From positions 60,450,001-60,514,000 of the forward strand of contig OZ024748.1 of NCBI GenBank assembly GCA_964016885.1: 64,000 bases of DNA, in the 5' to 3' direction. The notes under the pieces were generated by a model. The model was not told the origin of the DNA and did no database searches. It worked only from the letters and a program-made list of their open reading frames with translations. The stretch comes from Eledone cirrhosa. Lineage: Eukaryota. Shown piece after piece: positions 28,401 through 41,054 of this stretch (positions are counted from its first letter, which is position 1; every line of letters begins with the position of its first letter). A program made the position numbers and the translations under genes.

Positions 28401-28499
28401 TGCTGTTGTTGCATATTTCTCTGCACATTCAGCAATTCCTTGCACCAATGAACTATTTGCACGATTCAGTGCAATAGAAATATCCAAAGGAATGGATGG

Positions 28500-28915
28500 G
28501 CCTCCGTCAGTTTCGCCGATGAATATCCAATCGGAACTCTGTCAGGCTGAAACCTTTTTGAAAATTATTTAACGATACACATGTCTGTGGAATACTCAGT
28601 CACTTATAATACAAGTACAAATGTCCCACATTTTCATACACTCAGTCATGTTGAATCTCTGTGAAAATTAATTTAGGGTACATGGGTCTGTCGAATCTCA
28701 GTAATTCTCCCTGAAATTAATATGCTAGTGGCTAAATATTGCACAAACACGTGTACCTTCAACAACATAGTTCTCGGGACGATTCAGCGTGTCATTATGT
28801 GTGTGAGGAGGCTGGTCTGGGCTGTAGAAAATGTTACTTGTCAAGGATGACATACTGGGTGATCGAACCCAGGACCTAAAGGTTGCGAACTAAACTTTGT
28901 ACCCACTCGGCCATG
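28500..28915 (-). mobile_element. old tRNA-derived SINE-like repeat
   Basis: Minus-strand tRNA head (ggccgagtgggt..ttcgcaacc..cctgggttcgatc) at about 28855-28913; the cacgtgtacc/ctgtggaatactcag segments recur at about 36790-36900. Confidence 0.55.
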
Positions 28916-28979
28916 ATTCGTACCCATCCATTCAGGACGTTTTGATACAAAGAGAAAATATTAAGTAAAGGCATTGTTT

Positions 28980-29160
28980 ATTGGCAGTATCGGTTGAGGG
29001 TCGGACGTCATGCTTTGCGTATAGAGTTACGGCCCTTTCCAGACTGAGTTCAAATCCCGCCGAGGTTAAACTTTGCCTTTCATCCTTACGAGGTCGATAA
29101 AATAAAGTACCAGTAATGTACTGGGTAATAGCTGGCCTGTGCCCCAAAGTAGAAATTATT
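28980..29160 (+). mobile_element. S1 SINE
   Basis: Consensus match. Confidence 0.9.
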
Positions 29161-29508
29161 TTTTTTTAGAGGCGGGTGGTTCTCCCCAAATGTGATAGTA
29201 ACACTAACACTAGCACGCCTCTAATCGAAAATAGCAGCCAAATCACCGTCAAACGATTCACATCCATTGTTTTAGATACATAATCGCCATGTTCCACAGT
29301 CTCAAGAAAGGGAATTCACATCATATCCTTTAATTTAATGCCTCTTGTTTGGCAAAATGTAGAGTAAAGTCGGTTAAACGAGAGAACCAGAAAAGTAGAA
29401 ATAGTAGTCAAATTTCACTTCAATCATAGCGGCAGTTTTAGTAAAAGACAATGTGTCCCTTCCCCACTCGCCCATCATTACCAACCCTTCCTACATATCT
29501 CATCATTA

Positions 29509-29672
29509 TGACGCCATGCTTTGCAGAAAAGAGTTACGGCCCTTTATTGTCTGAGTTCAATTCCCCTAGAGGTGAAACTTTCCCTTTCATCCTTACGGGG
29601 TCGATAAAATAAATTACCAGTAATACACTGGATTAATTTCTGGCCTTGTGCCAAAAGTAGAAACAATTATTA
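29509..29672 (+). mobile_element. S1 SINE, 5'-truncated
   Basis: Consensus match. Confidence 0.85.
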
Positions 29673-30556
29673 CCTATAATCCTTGCAATGAACTATAAGC
29701 ATAACAGAAGTCATCTTTCTCCTCTCAACTTAAAAAAAAAAGAGGTCGCCTCCCCTCGTCATTAATCCTCTTTTCATTCCTACATATATGAATGGCGGAC
29801 AGACAGAGGGCGACACAGATTTTTATCTAAAGTATAGATTGACCTGTTCTGCAGTCACACATAATGGTTTTCACGTCATTTCCACAATTTATTTTAGTGT
29901 CTCTGGTTTAGCCAAATCCATGTTAGTGTTCATTACATCATTTATTATTGAACTAGGCACATTTTACCTCCCTTGGCCAATTTTTCTGCTGGTTCTTTCT
30001 TCAGATCTAGAATTAATGAAATATTTACCAGTCTTTTCTTCCAAAATGTTATGAAGGGTGGACTCTATTGAAACATCTACATCACCAAGTAAGCGTGAGC
30101 AGCATATAACATTTATTTTTTTTTCGGCTACAAACATCTTCGTGTTTGTTGCATTATATAAACTAGGAATATTTCTTCAAAGCTCAGATTTTGTTTACCA
30201 GCTTCGTAAACATCATCCCTCCAGAATTAAAGCAAAGGAATGCCAGGCAAAGTATTATTAAGGTTAGTGGGACTGATACACGCAGTTATATATCGATATG
30301 TGTTGTTCTATGTTGTAGCATTATAAGTCGTTTGTCTGTAACATGGAGTGTATTGACAGTAAATATGAACAAGATTAAGAACGAGACATTTGGGGGATCA
30401 TTGAAGTCAAATGCCATTATTGAATTATCAAAGAGCGGAAGTGAGCACCAGAGTTACGCATAGTAATAGTTCAATGTGTACATATGCATACACACACACA
30501 CACACACACACATTAGATAGATAGATAGATATATAGATATATAGATGTATATATAG

Positions 30557-30591
<35 letters not shown>

Positions 30592-30693
30592 GATATATAG
30601 ATGTATATATATATACAGAGGTATCCACTGTAAGTTGTGGGGTCTATTCTGTATGAACAACTCAATGTAATCCATATGTTGAAAATATATATA

Positions 30694-30829
30694 TATTGAT
30701 GAGATAAAATTCCGACCGCGGGACATGCGGTGTTAGCTTGTTATCTTGCAAACTTCTTCCTTTGTAGAAGTTTGAGAGATAAAAAGCTGATACCGCAGGG
30801 CTCAAGATCGGATATTTACCTCATCAATA
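30694..30829 (+). other. long imperfect hairpin (136 nt)
   Basis: Pairings tattgatgag/ctcatcaata, tccga/tcgga, tgcggtgttagctt/aagctgataccgca and ttatctt-caaacttct/agaagtttg-gagataa. Confidence 0.75.
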
Positions 30830-31467
30830 CACCCTTTCTATATTTCACCATACATCGAATGCTACTCTGATTCGTAGTCTTAAAGGTCATCTCACCTCAG
30901 ACACTAAAAGAGGTGGTTGGTGTGCAACAATTATTTTACATCATAATTACAACATCTATCTTTATATAATATAGGGATGTAGGCGATATTATGTTTCCAT
31001 GTACTTTAGTTGTTAATCATCGGTAAATTTTGCTCAATAATTTGAGCGACAATATCTGTTTATGGTGATGTTAGTAAATTCGTTTTACGTTCTGTTATCC
31101 ATACAGAACGTTTACGGTTATAATGAAGTTATTAGAAGTTTACATATATGAAATAATTGTTTCAATAATGAAAGTAAACTAAATATGAAATAGCGAGGTT
31201 AAAACCATTTTTTCAAAAGGATTCATGTCTAATTAATTTGTTGTTTGAGTGTAATGAAGTAATTTGTCTTCATGACAAAAATCTAATATAGAAGAGAAGA
31301 AGAAAATTTGATTTATGTTTGAATGCAGACTGAAACTTCAAATGTTTAATGAAATGAATAATATTTATGGAGGTGAAAGGAGAGAATTGATAGACTGTGG
31401 AATATAGAAAATATAATGGCAGATCGATATATCTTTTAAGAAGCACACACACAAACACTTGCAAATA

Positions 31468-31566
31468 CAGGGTCTCCCCTAAAAATGTGTACACACTTTG
31501 ATTACCTTTAGAGGAATTATTTATTAGAATGCTGTTGAAGTGTGCATACATATTTGGGGACAACAT
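31468..31566. mobile_element. ~95-bp Tc1/mariner-type MITE (TIR about CAGGGTGTCCCAAAAATGTATACACAC)
   Basis: TA-flanked TIRs; other copies at about 37220-37292, 37855-37932, 39888-39948, 40790-40886 and 48402-48485. Confidence 0.75.
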
Positions 31567-31573
31567 GTGTATG

Positions 31574-31653
<80 letters not shown>

Positions 31654-31663
31654 TGTGTATCAG

Positions 31664-31844
31664 ATAGGGCGTGGTAAAAAGCAGGTAGACCATAACCACT
31701 AGAGTATTCGATACTTGGGTTAGTAGAGTGAGTAATATGAAAAGATTCAGGACCCCGATGGCTGAGCTCCGCCCGTTTCGCCCACTAGATTCGAAAGCTA
31801 GCGGTCGAAACGGCCGGAGCTCAGCCGTCGGTTTCCTAAATCTG

Positions 31845-31848
<4 letters not shown>
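31664..31848 (-). mobile_element. family A fold-back element, diverged
   Basis: gtggtaa..caggtagaccataac..gtagagtgagtaat plus a hairpin with GAAACGGC-cggagctca-GCCGTC. Confidence 0.75.
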
Positions 31849-31883
<35 letters not shown>

Positions 31884-32603
31884 GTACATACATATATGTA
31901 TACAGACGTACAGTAGTATGTATATATATATATATTTATACATGCACACACATATATATATGTACGTATGGATTCACTGAACATTTATTATAATGCTCAG
32001 TGTGTTTGTAAACAAACATCCCGTATTAAGCCGTAGTGTCCAGCAACCATCGTTGCTCGTTTGTTCAACACTGACAAAGGAACGCTGTACTAGTTTCAAG
32101 CTTATTAGCTATCGTCAGCAACGTATACCTTCCTGCCAGATTGTTGAACGTATATACTTACCTTATGCATATTAACAGCTAAGAAGCCCAATTTGCATAT
32201 CGAGTGGGTTAACCGGCCGGGTGCACCGAAAACGATAAACGGAAAAAATGAAACGAAATTTCATTTCCCACTCTTAGTACGGCTGTTACTTAAATATAAG
32301 TATGTACACGTACATACATATATGTATAAATAGCAATATATATATGGATGTATATATAATGTATTTTGCAATACACTTTATGCTTAATTAAAAGCATTTT
32401 GAAGACCGTAAGCTATTGTTTTAAAGTAGTGTGTCTACTGAGATCATTGATGTTATATTCTTATAGAAATCTAGTAAATAATCAGGAGCTGATTATGCAG
32501 AGCGGTTGTTGGTCAGGCAGAAATTAAAAATTAGAATTGGAGCTCTGAAATAGCAATATATATATGGATGTATATATAATGTATTTAGACAGGTGGGGTA
32601 GTT

Positions 32604-32647
32604 GGCCTTGATAAGCTTCAACCAAAGCGAAACAAGTCTTGTCGGCT
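32604..32647 (+). ncRNA. type I hammerhead, U3-A8 core (UUGAUAA), copy 1
   Basis: ggcc-TTGATAA-gctt-caacca-aagc-GAAACAAG-t-CTTGTC-ggct; predicted cleavage after C32643. Confidence 0.8.
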
Positions 32648-32893
32648 TATCTCCCCTGTTTGCTGAGATCAAAGTGAGTGAATTTGTCACTACTTTAAAA
32701 CAATAGCTTACGGTCTTCAAAATGCTTTTAATTAAGCATAAAGTGTATTGCAAAATACATTATATATACATCCATATATATATTGCTATTTCAGAGCTCC
32801 AATTCTAATTTTTAATTTCTGCCTGACCAACAACCGCTCTGCATAATCAGCTCCTGATTATTTACTAGATTTCTATAAGAATATAACATCAAT

Positions 32894-32986
32894 GATCTCA
32901 GTAGACAGGTGGGGTAGTTGGCCTTGATAAGCTTCAACCAAAGCGAAACAAGTCTTGTCGGCTTATCTCCCCTGTTTGCTGAGATC
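32894..32986 (+). ncRNA. type I hammerhead, U3-A8 core, copy 2 with an extended stem I
   Basis: Same core; stem I extends as gatctcagtagacaggtggggta / tatctcccctgtttgctgagatc with G-U pairs; predicted cleavage after C32959. Confidence 0.82.
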
Positions 32987-33125
32987 AAAGTGAGTGAATT
33001 TGTCACTACTTTAAAACAATAGCTTACGGTCTTCAAAATGCTTTTAATTAAGCATAAAGTGTATTGCAAAATACATTATATATACATCCATATATATAAA
33101 TATATATATATATATACATATATAA

Positions 33126-33156
<31 letters not shown>

Positions 33157-33202
33157 AATATATATATATATAAATATATATATATATAAATATATATATA
33201 TA

Positions 33203-33577
33203 TTTCGTTTCTGAATTTGTTTAGCAAGATTCTTTATATGAAAACATGTAAATAAACGAATATAAACACACACAGACACCCGGATGTAACACATGCGCAA
33301 ACTAAGCACACAACACACACACAAAAACAAGATGGCGTAGGACAGAACAAAGGAGAGGCACAAAAAACAAAGAAAAGAACCCCCAGTCACCGAAGAGGTC
33401 ACATAATGTGTGACGAAAGAACTTTGACAATATATAAACAACTATCTGGTTGTGGAACCAACCAACTAACCGGAAATTTATAAATTCCTAAATTTATAAA
33501 TTTATTATAATAAATTGAAGTGAAAGCACTTGGTACGTGTGTTTCTTATTGGCAACATGACCCTCCCAAAGTATAAC

Positions 33578-33580
<3 letters not shown>
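33203..33580 (+). mobile_element. (TA)n-flanked ~380-bp HHR-bearing element (family F)
   Basis: Ends tttcgtttctga.. and ..tgaccctcccaaagtataaca; the same ends occur at 19684-19714, and the right end also at 12339-12360 (-). Confidence 0.7.
33386..33428 (+). ncRNA. minimal type I hammerhead, CCGAAGA core
   Basis: gtca-CCGAAGA-g-gtcaca-taatg-tgtgac-GAAAG-aa-CTT-tgac. Confidence 0.68.
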
Positions 33581-33624
<44 letters not shown>

Positions 33625-34029
33625 AGTGTTTAAATTTGTGTGTTTGTGCCTGGGTCTGCATATATGTGTGCAGATATGCAACGGTATGTGTGTCCGTGTT
33701 TTCGTATGTGTGCATATATGCAACGGTATATGTGTGTGTCTGTTTCTGCGTCTACGTGTGCACATATGCTGCAACGGTGTGTCACTGTGTCTATGTGCAT
33801 ATATGTTGCAATGGTATATGTGCGTGTGTGTGTGTACGTGTGTGTGTCTTTGTGTTCATATATGGTGCTACATTATATGTCTGTGTGTTTCTTACAATCC
33901 ATTTAAATCGTTTAATTATGGAATCCTGACAATTTCTGATAAAACGCTATTTCTAATGTTTATTATATATATTATTGTTATCGTTTCCATCAGTTCCAAC
34001 TCCTCCATCAACACCTCCATAGTGTTACT

Positions 34030-35390
34030 ATTACCACTACTACCACCATCACTACCACAACCACTACCCCCACTGCCATCACTACCAACACCACTCGCAA
34101 ACAACCCACCACATTCAAACCATCACTACCACAACCACTACCCCCACTGCCATCACTACCAACACCACTCGCAAACAACCCACCACATTCAAACCATCAC
34201 TAGCACAACCGATAACTCCACCACCGCCATCACCACAACCACTACCACCACCACCACCGCCGCCATCACTACCACAACCACTACCCCCACTGCCATCACT
34301 ACCAACACCACTCGCAAACAACCCACCACATTCAAACCATCACTACCACAACCACTACCACCACCACCACCGCCATCATTACCACAACCACTACCACCAC
34401 CACCACCACCACCGCCATGATCACCACAACCACTACCACCACCACCGCCATCATTACCACAACCGATAACTCCACCACCGCCATCACCACAACCACTACC
34501 ACCACCACCACCACCATCATTACCACAACCACTACCACTACCACCGCCATCATTACCACAACCGATAACTCCACCACCGCCATCACCACAACCACTACCA
34601 CCACCACCACCACAACCACTACCACCACCACCACCACCACCGCCATCATCACCACAACCACTACCACCACCACCGCCATCATTACCACAACCGATAACTC
34701 CACCACCGCCATCACCACAACCACTACCACCACCACCACCACCATCATTACCACAACCACTACCACCACCACCGCCATCATTACCACAACCACTACCACC
34801 ACCATCACCACCACCACCATCATTACCACAACCACTACCACCACCACCGCCATCATTACCACAACCACTACCCCCACTGCCATCACTACCAACACCACTC
34901 GCAAACAACCCACCACATTCAAACCATCACTACCACAACCGATAACTCCACCACCGCCATCACCACAACCGATAACTCCACCACCGCCATCACCACAACC
35001 ACTACCACCACCACCACCACCACAATCACTATCACCACCAACACCACTCGCAAGCAACCCACCCACCACATTAAACCACCACTACTTCCACCATCGCCAC
35101 TACCATCACCATCACCCTCACTACCAAGACCAACACCAGTAGCACCACCACCACTACCTTTACCAGCAACACCGCCACCATAACCACTGTCGTAAACACC
35201 AACACTTCCACCTCTACCAAAGAGCAGCACCACCACCACCACAAAAACAATCACTAACATCCGCCAGCACTAACAATACCATCGGTACCAACGCCACCAT
35301 ACACACTACCGCTCCATCACCCCCGCCACCAAAACGACTAATGCTACCATCGCCCCCACCACCACCACAAACACCACCGCCACCATCGAA
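34030..35390. repeat. (CAC/TAC)n-derived complex repeat with ~74-bp higher-order units
   Basis: ccactacccccactgccatcactaccaacaccactcgcaaacaacccaccacattcaaacc recurs 4 times; poly-T/P/H/G/V ORFs appear in all frames. Confidence 0.9.
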
Positions 35391-35715
35391 ATAAATTTAA
35401 TACTGTCGTTATCTTAAATATTGATTTTGTCACCTCAACTGCTTGCGCGTGTGTGTGTGCGTATGTTTGTGTGTGTGTCTGTCTATATTTCTATGTATGT
35501 GTATGTGCTCACATGTAAGTGTACGTATAAGCGTGTGTGTGTATGTTAATCCCTGTGATTTTATGTAATTATGTGTGTGTGGGATTGTGTGTGTGTATTA
35601 GTCTGCCACTGTGTTATTGTGAACGTCTGTGTACGTATTCGCATGTATTTCTGTTTGTGTATTTATGCGTCAAAGTGGTCGTGTTTATGTTTGTTGATAT
35701 GTATGTTTGTATATT

Positions 35716-35758
<43 letters not shown>

Positions 35759-35839
35759 GTGTGTGTGTGTGTGTGTGGGGGGGGGGTGTTAGAACATATA
35801 TATGAGTCGTTAGAACGTTAGAATAATTTGCATTATTCG

Positions 35840-35941
35840 TTCAGGTTCTCTGCTCCCTGAGTTCAAATCCCGCCGAGGTCAACTTCGCCTTTTATCCATT
35901 TAACGTCGATAAAATTGTACCAGTCAAGTACTGGGGTCAAT
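35840..35941 (+). mobile_element. S1 SINE fragment
   Basis: gagttcaaatcccgccgaggtcaacttcgcc..gtcgataaaattgtaccagt. Confidence 0.75.
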
Positions 35942-36284
35942 TCTCCTTCTATATCTCTTTCTCTCTTCTTTGCTCTGATTCTCTATCCTTCTTTGGAAGA
36001 AATCTGCTGTATTCAGGCCTGGAGAGAAGAAGGCCTCTGCCAGGTTTTAAAAAATGCCCAAGGAACGTCGTGTGCCAACATAGTGCCCTTTCCACCACTG
36101 AGGTGGTTCGAACTCACTAGGTGATATCTTGGGCATGTTTTATGTACTATAGCCTCGGGTCGATCTTTGCCTTGTGAATGAATCTGTGATGGAAGCCTGT
36201 TGGATGGTCTTGATCTGTAATTGAAAGAGCCAGTCTCGTTGTGTGAAAACGTTATGCCTAGAAGGAATGTTAGCCGGTAAGACA

Positions 36285-36615
36285 AGCAGAGGTCGACAGC
36301 CAAAGCGCATGGTCGCTCTCCGACAGGTTTGCGGTTGTACCCTGGGCAGTGGAGACCTCTGGTGTCCTCGGACCTAGGCTACCTCCCTACTCACCACCAT
36401 CGATGCAAAGCTGACTACCTGTAGCAGTGGAGACATCTGGTGTCCTCGGCCCTGGGGCTATGTCCCTACTCACCACCATAGACGCTGAGCTGGCCAGCCA
36501 CAGGGGCGAGCCTCGCGAGCTGGAATGGCTTTTCCAGCGCGTCCCCCTTGCCGACCTCCGGGGAAACGCCTTCTCCATTTTGTCCGCCGGGGCTGTGGAG
36601 AGGCCACCAACATAA
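36285..36615 (+). pseudogene. 3' fragment of a CRE-like non-LTR retrotransposon (restriction-like endonuclease C-terminus) with an internal ~75-bp duplication
   Basis: GC-rich island encoding SLSDRFAVVPWAVETSGVLGP and AVETSGVLGPGAMSLLTTIDAELASHRGEPRELEWLFQRVPLADLRGNAFSIL. Confidence 0.78.
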
Positions 36616-37589
36616 TTGACTGACTTGTCATTTTATCAGTCAGATGTTTTTAATGTCAACTTATGGAGTGGACTTGACATTTGCTCGTTAAACTCTGTTG
36701 TTGGTGATCGGACTTTGTGGGAAGATACCTCATGTTGACGCGCAGTCTGCAACAGGTGGATTGAGCGTCTAGGTAGAAGTCTTGTTACACACTATGACAC
36801 ATTGAATCACCCTGAGCATTACTTTAAGAGTACACGTGTCTGTGGAAGATGAATAATCGACTTCTTACACGTTAACTTCATGAGCATGCAGTTCAATAGA
36901 TCGACACTTATTGTCGAAATTTTGAAATTTTTTGTAAAGGCAAATATTCTCAAGAAGGCCATAGGCTTTGTAACTTTTGTGAAGATATTTTTTAGTTCCT
37001 GATAGAAAACTTAAGATTATTGTATACCCGGAAGCACAGAATATACTTTAAAAAAATTTTACTGATTTTAAAAATAATTCCTTTAAAATGATTATGTAAA
37101 TTAGTATATTTCGAAAAGACTGGAAGTTATTCTTAGAAGTAATGTAAGATTAAATATGTTATTGTTTAGTTCACTACTTATTTATTTAGTTATTTATTTC
37201 ATTTTAACAGTATACATTTAGTCCTCAAAAATGTATACACACTTCCAGAGCATTCTAATAAAAGTGTGTATATAGTTTATTGGACACCCTATATATATTT
37301 TATGAAATTAAGCTTCAATAATCTTCTGAATTCTTACGATATAACATTTACGAGGGAATTAACTTTTCTATATGAATTCAACATTGTCAGCTGAATTTTA
37401 AATCAATTTATATAAAATTTTGAGAAATCCATTGATAAATTGATTGTTTTTAATGTAGCAACCAATATACCGTTATCGTTATATGTAGGGATATACAAAT
37501 ATACATATGTAGATTCCCGAGTTGGGTGGGGGGTGTGTGATCACAGTTAAAAAGGAACTCAAAGCGTTCGTAGATTATATAAGTGAGGG

Positions 37590-37760
37590 CAGTGAATGGG
37601 CAGTATCAGTAGAGGGTCGGACACCATGCTTTCCAGCATAGTTACGTCCCTTTAGGGTCTGAGTTAACTTTGCCTTTCATCCTTACGGGGTCGATAAAAT
37701 AAAATACCAGTAATGAACTGTTAATTGGTGGCCTTGTGCCAAAAGTAGAAACAATTATTT
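37590..37760 (+). mobile_element. S1 SINE (B-box region deleted)
   Basis: Consensus match. Confidence 0.85.
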
Positions 37761-38253
37761 ATTCAAAGTAATCCAACTTATTTTACTAATGGGATAAAAA
37801 ATTATAAACCGTACGCAGTCCCGCGTTTCTTATTTTATTATAGTTTAGATATATACAGGGCATCTCAAAAACGTATACACACTTCAACAGCATTCTATTA
37901 AATATGTGTATACATTTTGAGGAACATCATGTATATACATGTATGTAAGCATGTAGTTCTATAAGAAAAACAAACGTTAGACATATATATGTATATGTCT
38001 AATGTTTGTTATATATACATATAGACTATAGCACGAGCAAATAATGCACACATACATACGTCTATTCATGCACTCACATACACACACGTGTGTGTGTGCG
38101 TGCTGTCATATCATAATGTATGTGTGTATATTTGCTGTCATATCATAAACATACACAATAATATACATAGTTACGTACCTAATTGCTATGAAATATTGCG
38201 CAGGGCACTATGTAATCAGCTAAACACACACAACCACATACGTACTGACACAT

Positions 38254-38287
<34 letters not shown>

Positions 38288-38464
38288 TGCAAGACGTACA
38301 TGCGTATTCATCTACACAAACACATACACAACTTCACATGAACTCATACACGCTCCGACTCATACAGACACACATACAAAAATGAAAAAAGAAAGTGTAA
38401 TGTTACTAAATATGGGTGTAGAATAAAGCAATGAGAAATGAAAGCGTTGTATACATATAATTTT

Positions 38465-38645
38465 AATTGTTTCTACTTTTGGCACAAGTTCTGAAATTAC
38501 ACCAGCGCATTACTGGTGCTTTATTTTATAGACCCCGTAAGGATGAAAGGCAAAGTTAATCTCGGCGGGGTTTGAACTCAGAACGTAAATGGCCATAACT
38601 CTATGCTACAAAGGATGGTGTCTGGCGCTCTACCGATACTGCCAA
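38465..38645 (-). mobile_element. S1 SINE
   Basis: Reverse-complement consensus match. Confidence 0.9.
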
Positions 38646-39225
38646 TACAAGACACGCACACACACATACACTTGTTGCATGTGTGAATGCAATAACAATT
38701 ATTGTCGGCCTAAATCTAGATTCTACACAGCGTATCATATATTTTACCCTCTTCACTTTCTTCTTCGCTATATTCTTCCCTCACCCCCCCCCCTCTTCCT
38801 CGCATTCTCTTCTCTTCCTCTTCATTCTCCTCCACCGCTTCCCTTTCTCTCCCCCTCACTCCTTTCTCTGCTTCCTCCTCATTTCCCTTCTCTCTCTTCC
38901 TTTATCTCCTACTCTCCCACTCTCTTTACACCCTTTTCTTATCAATCTCTTACACTATCAACACACAATGCATTTATACACATACCAACAAGTAGACACA
39001 AACACTCACACATAAACACATGGGTACGCTAACACGCACTATCATATAAGCAATGCCCCCCCCCCCCCCCAGCCAACGTAGTTTATGTCCACGTATGGAC
39101 ATACATATATACACACTTCCTTTCTATACATATAGTCTCATCTGTGCACACATGCATACATGCTCTATTGATTAATACACACTCACACTCTTAATACATC
39201 CACACACACACACACATATATATAT

Positions 39226-39380
39226 AACGAAGGAGGTGTGGTAAGGAACCAGATGGAGCATAACACACCAGAGTACTCAATACTTACGGTAGTAGAGTGA
39301 GTAATAGGAAAATGTTTGACCCCGAAGGCAGAGCTCATGCTGCTTCGACAGCTTGAGCTCTGCTGTCGGGGGTCCAACAT

Positions 39381-39382
<2 letters not shown>
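39226..39382 (-). mobile_element. family A fold-back element, shortened hairpin
   Basis: aacgaaggaggtgtggtaaggaaccag..gaccccgaaggcagagctca..tgagctctgctgtcggggg. Confidence 0.8.
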
Positions 39383-39412
<30 letters not shown>

Positions 39413-39540
39413 AAGGCGTGTTGCCGAGTGGTTAGAGAATTGAATTCGCAATCGTGAGGTTGTGAGTTCGATTCCCGAACCGGGCGATGCGTTATGTCCT
39501 TGAGCAAGACACTTTATTTCACGTTTCTCCTTCTACCTGG
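39413..39540 (+). mobile_element. tRNA-derived CORE-type SINE (family S2), 3'-truncated
   Basis: tRNA head (gccgagtggttagag..gagttcgattccc) followed by CORE-like tgtccttgagcaagacactt. Confidence 0.75.
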
Positions 39541-39949
39541 AGTTGCGACCGATAGATAGTATTAACAATTGGAAAGACCAATGGAAACATTGTTTCCTCG
39601 GTCCGATCTGATTTGACGAAAGTCGATCGACTGTCGATATATATATATATATATAACGCATGTACGCATACCTGTACGAACAAACAGACAAAGCTGTACA
39701 CAGCTACTCTATCAGTTCAGTTTGACATATACACACACTGCCGTGAACAGACACACTTATTTCAAGTATCCTATTTCTCTACATACATTTGCACACTGCT
39801 GTGTACACGGGAACGATCACTCTACAGGTTGTAGACTTATTATATATAGCCCTACCGCTTCTGTACACAAGTGTAGCTTCTCATATATAGGGTGTACATG
39901 CAATATTTATTAGAGTTGAAGTATGTATACATTTTTGAGACACCCTGTG

Positions 39950-40363
<414 letters not shown>

Positions 40364-40405
40364 AGAAAAAAAGAGAATCAGTGTTGCGACGAATGGAATT
40401 TATTG

Positions 40406-40491
40406 GACATATTACAATCCTTTCTCTTACGACCAGCTCGAGGCACGTTCGATGTAATGATAAAAAAAACCGCAAGGTCATCAGATTCGTC
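40406..40491 (-). ncRNA. family D hammerhead, copy 2 (element about 40359-40512)
   Basis: Minus strand: gacgaat-CTGATGA-ccttgcg...cgtaaga-GAAAG-gatt-GTA-atatgtc. Confidence 0.65.
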
Positions 40492-40524
40492 TTGATTCTA
40501 CGAAGCAGATTATATATATATATA

Positions 40525-40715
40525 TATTAGTAAAAGGAAAAAAATGCTGACAAATTTTTCCCAGTGAAAAATAGTTTAATTAGGAATAAGTATAAATTAG
40601 TAATAAGTATTGGTTAGTATTCAGTTTTAGTTTTAAGTTTTTACCGGTTGCGCATTTCTAATGCTTTTCAAAAATAATTTTGAGATAGAGCGCTCGTGAT
40701 GTTTGCTCTAATCTC
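40525..40715 (-). mobile_element. inverted copy of 8745-8935
   Basis: Near identity by eye. Confidence 0.85.
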
Positions 40716-41054
40716 TCTCTATATATACACCTTTGGTTTGGTTCTGCACAGAAACACAACTGCTCAAGTATAAGTAGTCTTTTTACATACAGGGTGTTCC
40801 CAAAAATGTTTACACACTTCGATTACCTGTACAGGTAATATTCATTAGAATGTTATTGAAGTGTGTATACATTTTTGGAACACCATATATATATATATAT
40901 ATACACACACGACTGCCGTGCATGAAAGACCGCTCCTTCAATAAACGTAGTCATAGTTCACACATAAACTCACAGCTCTATACACAGGCTCTGATACACC
41001 AAAGATCTTATTCTTACTACACACTCGAAGCAGGACATTGGCTCAATCGTTAAA

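Larger units (their letters stand above)
32329..33095 (+). mobile_element. retrozyme/pLTR-like element: tandem 316-nt unit (about 1.6 copies) preceded by an inverted copy lacking the HHR
   Basis: 32587-32778 is repeated 316 nt downstream; 32329-32586 is the reverse complement of the unit without the ribozyme segment; TA-rich flanks. Confidence 0.85.

Noticed and set aside
27172-28487. Leu/Ser/Phe-rich transmembrane-like ORFs
   Set aside because: Translations of polypyrimidine low-complexity sequence.
29750-30460. Higher-complexity stretch that might be an exon or transposase relic
   Set aside because: Multiple stops in the frames examined and no motif I can recognise; needs BLASTx.
33530-35260. 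Mucin-, extensin- or Gly-rich ORFs
   Set aside because: CAC-derived repeat open in multiple frames on both strands, with frame-breaking ~74-bp units and no exon evidence.
39413-39490. tRNA gene (also 62250-62325)
   Set aside because: No proper acceptor stem, and it continues into a CORE-like SINE body; these are SINE heads.
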